Assembly: GCA_963665235.2 (NCBI GenBank)
Contig: CAXXLX010000002.1
Coordinates: forward strand, 160,001 to 224,000
Source: Candidatus Poribacteria bacterium
GTDB taxonomy: Bacteria > Poribacteria > WGA-4E > WGA-3G
Direction of reading: 5' to 3'
Length of the DNA stretch: 64,000 nt
Part shown: piece after piece, positions 52,036-62,520 of the stretch
How the letters are laid out: each line of letters starts with the position of its first letter
How positions within the stretch are numbered: the first letter of the stretch is position 1
Made by a program: the position numbers and the translations under genes
The notes under the pieces: model-generated
Database searches by the model: none
What the model was told of the DNA's origin: nothing
What the model saw: the letters and a program-made list of their open reading frames with translations, nothing else

Positions 52036-52344
52036 CGATTGGCAGAAAGGAGAAATAGATGAAAATCTGCGATTTTCATTATTTTCTCTCCTGGCAAGAG
52101 GTTTGTGATTCTAATAACATATCTGAAGCGCGTCAGAGACCTCTTTCTCTTGCTAACAGCCATAAGTAGTTGCAGGGCCATTTAGTTTTAAAGATTCACT
52201 TCACGCCTGTGTATATTTCTTATGTGGGAGCGTGCTTCGCACGCGATACATTACATCACATACGCCCACATACAAAACAGATGGTGCACAATATAGGAAA
52301 CCCATTACCACCAATATTTGGGAAACCATCGGACCGCTACGTAA

Positions 52345-52580
52345 TACCATTTTTATTAATTATTCTATCATTACCGGTTGTTAGAAATGAAACGGAGAAC
52401 GGAAGACCCAAACTAAAAGTTTATGCTACTACAAAGCACAAACTGGAAGTTTATGCTACTACAAAGCACAAACTGGAAGTTTATGCTACTACAAAGCACA
52501 AACTGGAAGTTTATGCTACTACAAAGCACAAACTGGAAGTTTATGCTACTACAAAGAGACATTTTCAATTAGGAATGGTA
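52345..52580. mobile_element. MITE family B copy with 30-bp REP tandem
   Basis: TACCATT/AATGGTA ends, TAA flanks, repeated GCACAAACTGGAAGTTTATGCTAC. Confidence 0.82.
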
Positions 52581-52745
52581 TAATATCGCGTGCACAGCAC
52601 GCTCCTACAGAAGAGGTTTTTTGAACAACCGGCGAAAAATATCGAGAACTAAATGGCCCTGTAAGTAGTTGAGATTTTTCTTGACTTTTTCACCAAAATG
52701 TTATATACTTTATTTTCTATAGAATGCCTTAAAGGAGGTTTCGTT

Positions 52746-54653
52746 GTGCAGGCTCAAGTTAAAACCGGTTTTCTGTTTTACACATTTATACTGTTGATGT
52801 GTGTCAGTTACTTTTTTGTAAGGGATACTGCGGCACAAGGCACACCTCAACCCGTTGCCGCAACTGACACCCCCACCTTTACTTTTGAGACGATTGATGT
52901 GCCAGCTGTGGATTTTTTAGCGGTGACTTCAAGTAGCGATTTCGAGGATTATGGGGGCTACACGAAACGCGCGGATGATGGAAAAATAGTCGCTTTTACC
53001 ATCATTGATGGCGTGTTTATGACCTACGATTTCCCTGGCGCATCGGAAACACGTTTCTATGCACTTGGGAATAATGGGCAAGCGGCCGGCTACTATGTGG
53101 ATAGTGAAGGTAAGCACCAGGGTGTCGTCTTGACAACAGCGGGTGAGCTGCAACAGTACGATTTTCCGGGGTCTGTCGAAACAGAAATCTTCGGGATTAG
53201 CGATTCAACGGGTAACCTTACAGGTAATTTTATAGATGCTGAAGATGGTAAGCGACGCGGATTTACAGGCACAGTCACAGGGATAGAAATCATTGAATTC
53301 CCCGGAGCATTGGAAACTTATGCCGATTTTATTAACTCACATGGGGGTATGGTCGGCAGCTACGTAGATGCTGAAGGTGTATACTATCCTTATGTGCGTA
53401 CCCCGGATGGCCGGTTTGTATCTCTCGCCCTTCCACAAATAGCAAAACTGGAATACTTTTTTGTGCACGGTATCAACGATGCACAGACCATCGTTGCCCG
53501 AACCAAAGCGGCGGGGGGTGTTCCGCTCACATACGTCGGGACATTCCGAGGCGGGCTCAAACCATTTAAGGTGCCGGATAGTGTTAGCACAGAGGGTTAT
53601 AATATTAATCAGGACGGCTCTATCGTCGGACACTATGACACAACGGATGGACGCAGGCACGGTTTTATCGCTAGACCCGTTTCCGAGGCAGTGAGCGAGC
53701 GGTTTGGCAACGCCTACAACGTTACACTCTCTAAGGGTTTGAACATGCTTTCTGTGCCGTTAGCATCCCCCACACCGATGACTGCCAAGAGCCTTGTCGC
53801 TACCACAGGTGCAACGACTGTCATCACGCTTGATGCAGCAACCCAGCGTTTCGTCGCGTGGACTCCAAGTGCCCCCGATGACGGGTTTGCAATAGAGGGT
53901 GGCAAAGGGTATATCGTCAATGTCCGAGAGGCTCGGCAGTTTGCCTTTGTCGGCGCACGATGGACAAATCAAGCGGACAGTGCTGCTGCCCCTGCCGTAT
54001 CCACGGAGATGCCCCAGGACGTATGGGCGTTCGTTATCAGTGGTAGGATTGGGAAACCTGAAGAAACACCCAAGCAAAAACTCCCCTACGAAGGGAAATC
54101 CGCCTTTGATGGATACACGGTCAGCGTTCGCAATCTGCGGACAAACAAGACGATAACCACATCGGTGGTAGGCGACTATTTTGCAGCGGCAAGTGCTGAC
54201 CTGTCACAGCGCAGCGTTGTTAAAGTCGGAGACGTGGTCGAAGTACGCGTCATCGGACCCGATGGAAACATTGAATCGCAAACCCGTAGTTTTAAAGTGA
54301 CACCTGAACATCTCGCAAATGCTGTTTTGTCGGTTAACCTTGATAATATCGGGCAGCCGATGCAGAGTCAGTTGCTGCAGAATTATCCGAACCCGTTTAA
54401 CCCGGAGACATGGATTCCGTATCAACTCTCGGAAGACAGTACGGTCTCTATATCAATTTATGATACCACCGGTCAGTTGGTGCGGACGCTGTTGGTAGGG
54501 CATCAATCCGCAGGCTTCTATAATAGTCAAGCACGCGCGGCTTATTGGGATGGACGCAATGCCCTCGGCGAAAGCGTGGCGAGTGGTGTCTATTTTTACC
54601 AGTTGATAACACCCGAGTTCCAGCAAACAAAGCGGATGCTCATTCTAAAGTAG
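52746..54653 (+). CDS. Secreted repeat protein paralog 1 (one module plus FlgD/T9SS-like tail)
   Basis: AAGGAGG RBS, GTG start, signal peptide, QNYPNPFNPETW...SGVYFYQL. Confidence 0.85.
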   Translation: MQAQVKTGFLFYTFILLMCVSYFFVRDTAAQGTPQPVAATDTPTFTFETIDVPAVDFLAVTSSSDFEDYGGYTKRADDGKIVAFTIIDGVFMTYDFPGASETRFYALGNNGQAAGYYVDSEGKHQGVVLTTAGELQQYDFPGSVETEIFGISDSTGNLTGNFIDAEDGKRRGFTGTVTGIEIIEFPGALETYADFINSHGGMVGSYVDAEGVYYPYVRTPDGRFVSLALPQIAKLEYFFVHGINDAQTIVARTKAAGGVPLTYVGTFRGGLKPFKVPDSVSTEGYNINQDGSIVGHYDTTDGRRHGFIARPVSEAVSERFGNAYNVTLSKGLNMLSVPLASPTPMTAKSLVATTGATTVITLDAATQRFVAWTPSAPDDGFAIEGGKGYIVNVREARQFAFVGARWTNQADSAAAPAVSTEMPQDVWAFVISGRIGKPEETPKQKLPYEGKSAFDGYTVSVRNLRTNKTITTSVVGDYFAAASADLSQRSVVKVGDVVEVRVIGPDGNIESQTRSFKVTPEHLANAVLSVNLDNIGQPMQSQLLQNYPNPFNPETWIPYQLSEDSTVSISIYDTTGQLVRTLLVGHQSAGFYNSQARAAYWDGRNALGESVASGVYFYQLITPEFQQTKRMLILK

Positions 54654-54690
54654 CGATTGGCAATTGGAAACCAGAGGGTTGTGATTCTAA

Positions 54691-54917
54691 TACCATTTTT
54701 ATTAATTATTCTATCATTACCGGTTGTTAGAAATGAAACGGAGAACGGAAGACCCAAACTGGAAGTTTATGCTACAAGCACGGCACAAACTGGAAGTTTA
54801 GGCTACAATAAAGAGCACAAACTGGAAGTTTATGCTACTGGAAGTTTATGCTACAAGCACGGCACAAACTGGAAGTTTATGCTACAAGCACGGCACAAAC
54901 TGGAAGTTTATGCTACA
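54691..54917. repeat. Family B left end plus degenerate REP tandem
   Basis: Matches the 52345 left end; no right TIR. Confidence 0.75.
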
Positions 54918-55039
54918 GCCAGCGAAACCATAAACCAACAGGCTACAGGATGGACGCAGCAAGTTGATAAACACTTAACTTAGGAATAAACAACATAGCA
55001 CAGCTTGAAAACGCAAGCATCAACTTTAAGGAAATAATT

Positions 55040-57738
55040 ATGAATACTCGGATTAAAACAGGTTTTTTGTTTTACACGTTTACACTATTGATGTGTGTCA
55101 GTTCCTTTTTTGTAGGGGATACTGCTGCACAAGGCACGCCTCAATTCGTTGCCGCAACTGACACCCCCACCTATACTTTTGAGACGATTGATGTGCCGGG
55201 TGTGGATTATTTAGCGGTGACAGCGAGTAGCGACTTCGAGGATTATGCCGGCAACACCCGCAGTCCCGATGGTGAAAAGATAATCGGTTGGACGCTGATT
55301 GATGGCATTTTTACGACCTACGATTTCCCGGATTCGAAGAACACTTATTTCTATGCTCTTGATAATAACGGGAAAGCCGCTGGGTACTACGAGGATAGCG
55401 AGGGGTTACACCATGGGGTCATCTTAGAAGATGGCGAACTGCGCCAATACAATTTCCAAGGGGGTGTCCAAACCGAGATATACGGTATTAGTGATGCAAC
55501 AGGGGCGATGACAGGCAATTATATCGATGCTTCTGGCGTTCGCCGTGGGTTTTCAGGAGAGTTAATCCTTGAGCCGCCCGGTGCAACGGAAACTTATGCG
55601 GATTTCGCAAGCCCGACTGGCGTTGTCGGGGGTAGTTACATAGATGCTGACGGTATATATCATCCTTATGTACGTATCCCGACTGGTGATTTTATCATTA
55701 CTGAGATTCCGGGAATAGCAAATCGGGAATACTTTTTTGTACATGGTCTCACTGCGACAGCGGTTATCGTTGCCCGCTCCAAAGCTGTGGGGGATGTCCC
55801 GCGTACTTATGTCGGGGCATTCGGTGCACTCCATGAAGTACAGTTTCCGGGTGCTGTGAGTACGGAGGGATGGAATATCAATCAGGACGGCTCCGTCGTT
55901 GGATACTACGACACAGCGGATGGTCGCCGACACGGATTTGTCGCTAAACCAGTAACGGACGGTGCTCCCCCCGAGGACAGCCCTGAGCTATTGTTCGCCT
56001 TTCATACCTTTGAGAGTATTGATGTGCCGGGTGTGGATTATTTAGCGGTGACAGCGAGTAGCGATTTTGACGATTACGCAGGTAATACGAAAAGTCCCGA
56101 TGGTGAAAAAATGGTCGGTTTTACGCTGATTGATGGCGTGTTTACGACCTACGATTTCCCGGGTTCGAAGAATACCTATTTCTATGCCCTTGATAATAAC
56201 GGGAAAGCCGCAGGACACTATGAGGATAGCGAGGGGCTTTACCATGGGGTCATATTAGAAAATGGCGAGCTGCGCCAATACGATTATCCGGGGGCCGTCC
56301 AAACGTTCTTACGGGGGATTAGCGACGCGACAGGAAAACTAACCGGGGATTTCATAGATGAATCTGGGGTTCGTCGTGGGTTCTCAGGGGATTTAATAAT
56401 TGAGGTCCCCGGGGCCCCGGAAACTTATGCCGATTTTGTGCACGCCCAAGGCGTAATCGCGGGCAGCTACGTAGATGCTGATGGTGTATACCATGCTTAT
56501 GTGCGTCTCCCAAACGGCAATTTTGCAGCTCTGGACCTTCCAGGTGCCCCAGATTTGGAGTACTTTCATTACCACGGTATCAACGATGCGGGTTTCTGGT
56601 TGGCAGAGCCAAAGCGGTAGGGGATGTGCCACGCACCTATTCCGGTCCATTCGGTTCCCTAGATGAAGTGTCCTTTCCAGGGAGCGTTAGCACAGAGGGG
56701 TGGAATATCAATCAGGACGGCTCTATCGTTGGACACTATGAATCAGCAGATGGCCGCGTACACGGATTCATCGCAAGACCTGCTGGCAAGGCAATGAGCG
56801 ATTATTTTGCTAACGCTTACACTGTTAAGCTGTCTAAAGGTTTGAACATGCTGTCCGTGCCTTTGGCACAACCAGTGCCAATGAATGCAAGAGCACTTGC
56901 GGGAATCGCTGGGGCGACGACCGTGATAACACTTGATGCCGAAAAACAGCGGTTTGTGGCGTGGACTCCAGATGCACCCGATGCCGGTTTCTCAATTGAA
57001 GGCGGAAAAGGGTATATCGTCAATGTTCCACAACCTCGAAACTTTGCCTTTGCGGGAGCCCCCTGGACAGATTCAACTGAGGCTGCCACGGCACCCGCTA
57101 TATCCACATCGTCGCGACCCCAAGAAGCCTGGGCGTTTGTCGTCAGTGGTAGGATTGGGAAACCCAATCCCTACGAAGGAAAATCCGCGTTTGATGGCTA
57201 TCAGGTAAGCGTCCGTAATATGAGAACGAACAGCACGATAACCGCCTCCGTGATAGGCGATTACTTCGCTGCTGCTACCGCAGACTTAGCGGAGCGGAGC
57301 GTCGTCCAAGTTGGCGATGTTGTTGAGGTGCACGTCCTCGGCCCCGATGGAAATGTTGAATCACAGACCCGCAGTTTTAAAGTGACACCTGAACACTTAG
57401 CAAACGCGGTTTTGTCGGTTAACCTTGATAACGTCGGGCAACCGATGCAGAATCAGTTGTTGCAAAACTATCCCAACCCGTTTAACCCGGAGACATGGAT
57501 ACCGTATCAACTCTCGGAAGACAGTACGGTCTCCATATCAATTTACGATACAACGGGTCAGTTGATACGCACGCTTTCACTCGGTTTCCAATCTGCGGGT
57601 TTCTATAATAGTCGTGTGCAGGCAGCGTATTGGGATGGACGGAACGTCCTCGGCGAACGCGTGGCGAGTGGTGTCTATTTTTACCAATTGACAACACCCG
57701 AGTTCCAGCAAACACGGCGGATGCTCATTGTGAAGTAG
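55040..57738 (+). pseudogene. Paralog 2 (two modules plus tail) with a -1 frameshift near 56590-56596
   Basis: Adding one base at GGGTTTC restores GFLVGRAKAVGDVPRTY as in the paralogs; could be sequencing error. Confidence 0.8.
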
Positions 57739-57745
57739 GGTTTAT

Positions 57746-59154
57746 CAAATCTTCCGCTACAAAACCCCCATGCTTTAGCTGGGGGATGTAGTAGCGGTGC
57801 ATGAGTTGAAATTTTAATTTGACTTTTCCTCAAAAATGGGGTATACTCTATTTAATGCCTTAGCGGAGAATCTATAGACTTCTCCGCCCCTTTTTAGAGG
57901 TAGGTAGCAACTTTTCAAGGCAGGATACCCTTAGATGTATACCACAAAATACAAACTTTTTCGTGCCCCGCGTAATCGTAATCTCAAGCGTTTAACGTGG
58001 GTGGCCCATGATGTTTGGAACTATTTTTTAGGTTGGCAGCGGACGCGCTATTCTCTTGGTCTTGCGTATATGTCGCTTCCTGAGATGTCGCGTGCCTTTA
58101 CCGTCCTTAGGAACTCACATCCTGAAGTGTTTTCGCATTGGCGTGAGTTAGACTCTTGGGCGGCGCGTGATATACTGCGGCGTTTAGACACCGGGTATCA
58201 GCGTTTTTTTAAGTGTATTGCGAAGCGTCCGCCTAAGTTTCGTTCATGGCGCAAACCGTATTCATTCACAATGTCCCCCTCTGGCTATAGTTTCTATGGT
58301 GATAGGGTCCGTATAATGGAAAAACAATATCGGTTTAATCTAAGCCGCGAGATAGTAGGTAATATTAAGACAGTCACTATCAAAGCAGATAGTGTTGGTG
58401 ACTTCTATATGTGTGTTGTAACAGATGACACCGTATCTGAAATCCTACCTAAGACGGGTAGTGCTGCAGGGTATGATTTCGGTATCAAAACGATGTTCAC
58501 TTGTTCCGATGGCACAGAATATGAGTCTCCTGAGTTCTATAAAACCTCTATGGCGGAACTGTCTGTAGCCCAACGTGTGCATGCTAAGAAAGTAAAGGGT
58601 AGCAACAACTGTGAGCGTTCCCGCTTAGATGTGGCGCGCAAACACCGTAAAATCAAAAGACAACGTGAGGATCATCATTGGAAACTCGCGAAGCGTTTTG
58701 TGCATGAACAGGATCACCTCTGTTTTGAGACGTTGACTTTTGAGGGTATGAAACGGTTGTGGGGGCGTCCAGTTTCTGATATTGCGCCCTACGCCTTCCA
58801 TGAAAAGTTGCGCCATCAAGCGGTCAAACACGGTAAAGAGGTTCACTATATTGACCGTTTTGAACCGACTTCTAAGACTTGTAGCAACTGTGGACAGCGA
58901 AAACAGCAGCTGGATTTGTCAGTTCGTCAATGGTGTTGTTCTACTTGCGCGCAGAAACATCATCGTGACGTTAACGCTGCGATAAATATTTTAAAGGTTG
59001 GGGCATCAACCTTTGGATTAGAGGATGTCAGCCTTGCTATTGCGAGCAGCCCTCGCAGACTTCACCCGAAGTCTATACCCCACAATCCGCACCAGAGAGC
59101 ATGGGATTCACTTTCAAAAGAATCCCCCTTGCTTTAGCTGGGGGAGTATGTCAA
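57746..59154 (+). mobile_element. Non-autonomous IS605-type tnpB element
   Basis: TTTAT| left junction, TCAA| right end, subterminal hairpins, no tnpA. Confidence 0.88.
57935..59137 (+). CDS. tnpB: TnpB RNA-guided nuclease
   Basis: GYDFG (D), FETL (E), CSNC..CSTC zinc finger, RDVNAAINI (D). Confidence 0.93.
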   Translation: MYTTKYKLFRAPRNRNLKRLTWVAHDVWNYFLGWQRTRYSLGLAYMSLPEMSRAFTVLRNSHPEVFSHWRELDSWAARDILRRLDTGYQRFFKCIAKRPPKFRSWRKPYSFTMSPSGYSFYGDRVRIMEKQYRFNLSREIVGNIKTVTIKADSVGDFYMCVVTDDTVSEILPKTGSAAGYDFGIKTMFTCSDGTEYESPEFYKTSMAELSVAQRVHAKKVKGSNNCERSRLDVARKHRKIKRQREDHHWKLAKRFVHEQDHLCFETLTFEGMKRLWGRPVSDIAPYAFHEKLRHQAVKHGKEVHYIDRFEPTSKTCSNCGQRKQQLDLSVRQWCCSTCAQKHHRDVNAAINILKVGASTFGLEDVSLAIASSPRRLHPKSIPHNPHQRAWDSLSKESPLL

Positions 59155-59174
59155 TGTTCACACTACGCAATCTA
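58990..59174 (+). ncRNA. Predicted TnpB omegaRNA (reRNA), guide 59155-59174; 5' boundary uncertain
   Basis: Established architecture: overlaps the tnpB 3' end and right end. Confidence 0.55.
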
Positions 59175-59283
59175 TTAAGTTGCACCGTGATACACACAAT
59201 TAGCAGATTCTGCTACAAATTAACAATATAACACGGCTTGAAAACTCAAGCATTAACTTTAAATTTTAGATAAGGAGATAATT

Positions 59284-61986
59284 ATGAATACTCAGATTAA
59301 AACCGGTTTTTTGTTTTACACGTTTACGCTGTTTATGTGTCTCAGTTCCTTTTTTGTAAGGGATACTGCTGCACAAGGCATCCCTCAACTCATTTCCGAA
59401 ACTGACACCCCCAGCTTTACTTTTGAGACAATTGATGTTCCAGGGGTAGACTTTTTAGCGGTGACTTCAAGCAGCGATTTCGAGGATTATGGGGGCTACA
59501 CGAAACGCGCGGATGATAACAAAATAGTCGCCTTTACTATCATTGATGGCGTGTTTATGACCTACGATTTCCCGGACGCATCGGAAACGCGTTTCTATGC
59601 ACTCGGGAATAACGGACAAGCGGCGGGTTACTACGTAGATAGCGAGGGTCGCCACCGGGGTGTCGTTTTGACAACAGAGGGTGAGCTGCAAGCGTACGAT
59701 TTTCCAGGCTCTGTCGAAACCGAGATATGGGGCATTAGTGATTCAACGGGTAACCTTACAGGTAATTTTATAGATGCTGAAGATGGTAAGCGACGCGGAT
59801 TTACAGGCACAGTCACAGGGATAGAAATCATTGAATTCCCCGGAGCATTGGAAACTTATGCCGATTTTATTAACTCACAAGGAGGCATGGTCGGCAGCTT
59901 CATAGCCGCTGACGGTCTATACTATCCTTATGTGCGCAGCCCGAGTGGCCGGTTTGTATCTCTCGACTTGCCACGAGCAGCATTTCTGGAATACTTTTTT
60001 GTGCACGGTATCAACGATGCCCAGACTATCGTTGCACGAACCAAGGCGGTGGATGGTGTTCCGGTCACATACACCGGCACATTCCAGAGAGGGCTCGAGC
60101 CGTTTAAGGTGCCGAATAGCGTTAGCACGGAGGGGTATAATATTAATCAGGACGGCTCTATCGTCGGACACTATGACACAGCGGATGGAAGTAGACACGG
60201 ATTTATCGCTAGACCCGCAACGGACACAGGTGAACCTCTTGAACCCGTTGTCCCCGCCACTTATGGCACCTATACGTTTGAGACGATTGATGTGCCGGGG
60301 GCGGAAATTTTAGTGTTGACAGCGAGTAGCGACTTTGAGGATTACGCAGGAAACGCGCGGAGTGCTGATGGCAAAGAAATCGCCTTTACGCTCATTGATG
60401 GGGTGTTCACGACTTACGATTTCCCCGGCTCACAGAAAACGAATTTCTACGCGCTGGGTAATAACGGGAACGCTGCCGGATACTACGAGGATAGCGAGGG
60501 GCTGCACCACGGTGTTGTCTTAGAAAATGGCGAATTGCGGCAGTACGATTTTCCGAATTCTATTGAAACGGAGATATACGGCATTAGCGATGCAACCGGG
60601 GTAATGACAGGGAATTTTATAGGGACTGATGGCATTCGCCGGGGATTCTCAGGCGAAACAACTGTTGAGTTCTCCGGGGCACTGGAAACTTTTGCCGATT
60701 TTGTGAACGCGGAAGGCACTATCGTAGGCAGCTACATAGATGCTGATGGCATATATCGTCCATACTACAAACGTCCTGATGGCAGGTTTACAACTGCTGA
60801 CTTTGGAGCAGGAGCCGAGCGGGAATATATGTTTGTGCACGGCATCAACGACGCGGGAATTTCGATTGCCCGACTTAAAAAGCAGGGTGATGTCCCACGC
60901 ACCTACGTGGGTAGAATCCGGGAGGGGACTGTAGAGGTGCGGTTCCCGGGCGCTGTTAGCACGGAGGGCTGGAATATCAATCAGGACGGTTCCATCGTTG
61001 GGAACTATAAATCAGCAGATGGGCGGGTGCACGGTTTTATCGCCAGACCCGTTGACCAAGCAGTGAGCGATCTTTTTGGCAACGTCTATGAGGTCACACT
61101 CTCTAAAGGGTTGAATATGCTCTCGGTGCCCTTGGTATCGCCAACACCGATGAGTGCCAAGAGCCTTGTCGCTATCACAGGTGCGACAACTGTCATCAGG
61201 CTTGATACAGCAAACCAACGGTTCGTGGCGTGGACCCCAAGTGCCCCCGACGACGGGTTTGCAATAGAGGGTGGCAAAGGGTATATCGTCAATGTACCAG
61301 CGGCGCGTCAGTTTGCCTTCGTTGGAGCACAATGGACAAATCAAACGGACGGTGCTGCTGCACCTTCCATATCCACGGAGATGCCCCAGGAGGCATGGGC
61401 GTTCGTTGTCGCCGGACACTTGAAAGGGAAATCCGCCTTTGATGGATACCAAGTAGACGTTCGGAACTTGAGAACGAACAGCACGATAACCGCCTCAGTG
61501 GTAGACGATTACTTCGCAGCGGCAACCGCAGACTTAGCGGAGCGCAGCGTCGTCAAACTCGGAGACGTGATTGAAGTGCGCGTCATCGGCTCGGATGGAA
61601 ACGTTGAATCGCAAACCCATAGTTTCAAAGTGACACCTGAGCACTTAGCAAACGCGGTGCTGTCGGTCAACCTTGATAACGTCGGTCAACCGATGCAGAA
61701 TCAGTTGCTGCAGAACTACCCGAACCCGTTTAACCCGGAGACGTGGATACCGTATCAACTCTCCGAAGACAGTACGGTCTCTATATCAATTTATGATACC
61801 ACCGGTAAGTTGGTTCGGACGCTGTTGCTGGGGCATCAAGCCGCTGGTTTCTATAATAGTCCGGAACGCGCGGCGTATTGGGATGGACGGAACGCCCTCG
61901 GCGAACGCGTGGCGAGTGGTGTCTATTTTTACCAGTTGACGACACCTGAGTTCCGGCAGACAAATCGGCTCGTCATTGTGAAATAG
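59284..61986 (+). CDS. Secreted repeat protein paralog 3 (two modules plus tail)
   Basis: Intact 900-aa ORF homologous to neighbours. Confidence 0.88.
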   Translation: MNTQIKTGFLFYTFTLFMCLSSFFVRDTAAQGIPQLISETDTPSFTFETIDVPGVDFLAVTSSSDFEDYGGYTKRADDNKIVAFTIIDGVFMTYDFPDASETRFYALGNNGQAAGYYVDSEGRHRGVVLTTEGELQAYDFPGSVETEIWGISDSTGNLTGNFIDAEDGKRRGFTGTVTGIEIIEFPGALETYADFINSQGGMVGSFIAADGLYYPYVRSPSGRFVSLDLPRAAFLEYFFVHGINDAQTIVARTKAVDGVPVTYTGTFQRGLEPFKVPNSVSTEGYNINQDGSIVGHYDTADGSRHGFIARPATDTGEPLEPVVPATYGTYTFETIDVPGAEILVLTASSDFEDYAGNARSADGKEIAFTLIDGVFTTYDFPGSQKTNFYALGNNGNAAGYYEDSEGLHHGVVLENGELRQYDFPNSIETEIYGISDATGVMTGNFIGTDGIRRGFSGETTVEFSGALETFADFVNAEGTIVGSYIDADGIYRPYYKRPDGRFTTADFGAGAEREYMFVHGINDAGISIARLKKQGDVPRTYVGRIREGTVEVRFPGAVSTEGWNINQDGSIVGNYKSADGRVHGFIARPVDQAVSDLFGNVYEVTLSKGLNMLSVPLVSPTPMSAKSLVAITGATTVIRLDTANQRFVAWTPSAPDDGFAIEGGKGYIVNVPAARQFAFVGAQWTNQTDGAAAPSISTEMPQEAWAFVVAGHLKGKSAFDGYQVDVRNLRTNSTITASVVDDYFAAATADLAERSVVKLGDVIEVRVIGSDGNVESQTHSFKVTPEHLANAVLSVNLDNVGQPMQNQLLQNYPNPFNPETWIPYQLSEDSTVSISIYDTTGKLVRTLLLGHQAAGFYNSPERAAYWDGRNALGERVASGVYFYQLTTPEFRQTNRLVIVK

Positions 61987-62155
61987 CGATTGGCGATTGG
62001 CGATTGGCAAGAGAAGAAAGAGAGGGCCCTTCTATTTCTTGCCATAAGCCAACAGCCAAATAAAAGGGAGACATAGCGGGCGAGGAGACCTCGCCCCTAC
62101 GAGACTATTGGTTTGTGATAGGGTTGCCTCGCCCTATTGGCGGTAATGCTTATTA

Positions 62156-62421
62156 TACCATTTCTAATTGAAAATGTCTCTTTCTTGTAGCATAAACTTC
62201 CAGTTTGTGCCTCCTTGTAGCATAAACTTCCAGTTTGTGCCTCCTTGTAGCATAAACTTCCAGTTTGTGCCTCCTTGTAGCATAAACTTCCAGTTTGTGC
62301 CTCCTTGTAGCATAAACTTCCAGTTTGTGCCTCCTTGTAGCATAAACTTTTAGTTTGGGTCTTCCGTTCTCCGTTTCATTTCTAACAACCGGTAATGATA
62401 GAATAATTAATAAAAATGGTA
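62156..62421. mobile_element. MITE family B copy (reverse) with five 30-bp REP units
   Basis: TIRs, TTA flanks. Confidence 0.82.
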
Positions 62422-62520
62422 TTACATCCCCGTGTGCTCAATTTGCGTAAGTCCTGATTTAAACATAGCACGGCTTGAAAACTCAAGCATCAACTTTAAA
62501 TCTTAAATGAGGTTTTTATT

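Noticed and set aside
56588-56600. Programmed frameshift or phase variation
   Set aside because: Only G3/T3 runs and no slippery heptamer; a simple indel or error is likelier
62186-62350. CRISPR array or repeat peptide ORF (CSINFQFVPP)n
   Set aside because: Identical 30-bp tandem; the ORF is a by-product (same for 52170-52583, 54657-54983 and 37524-37647)
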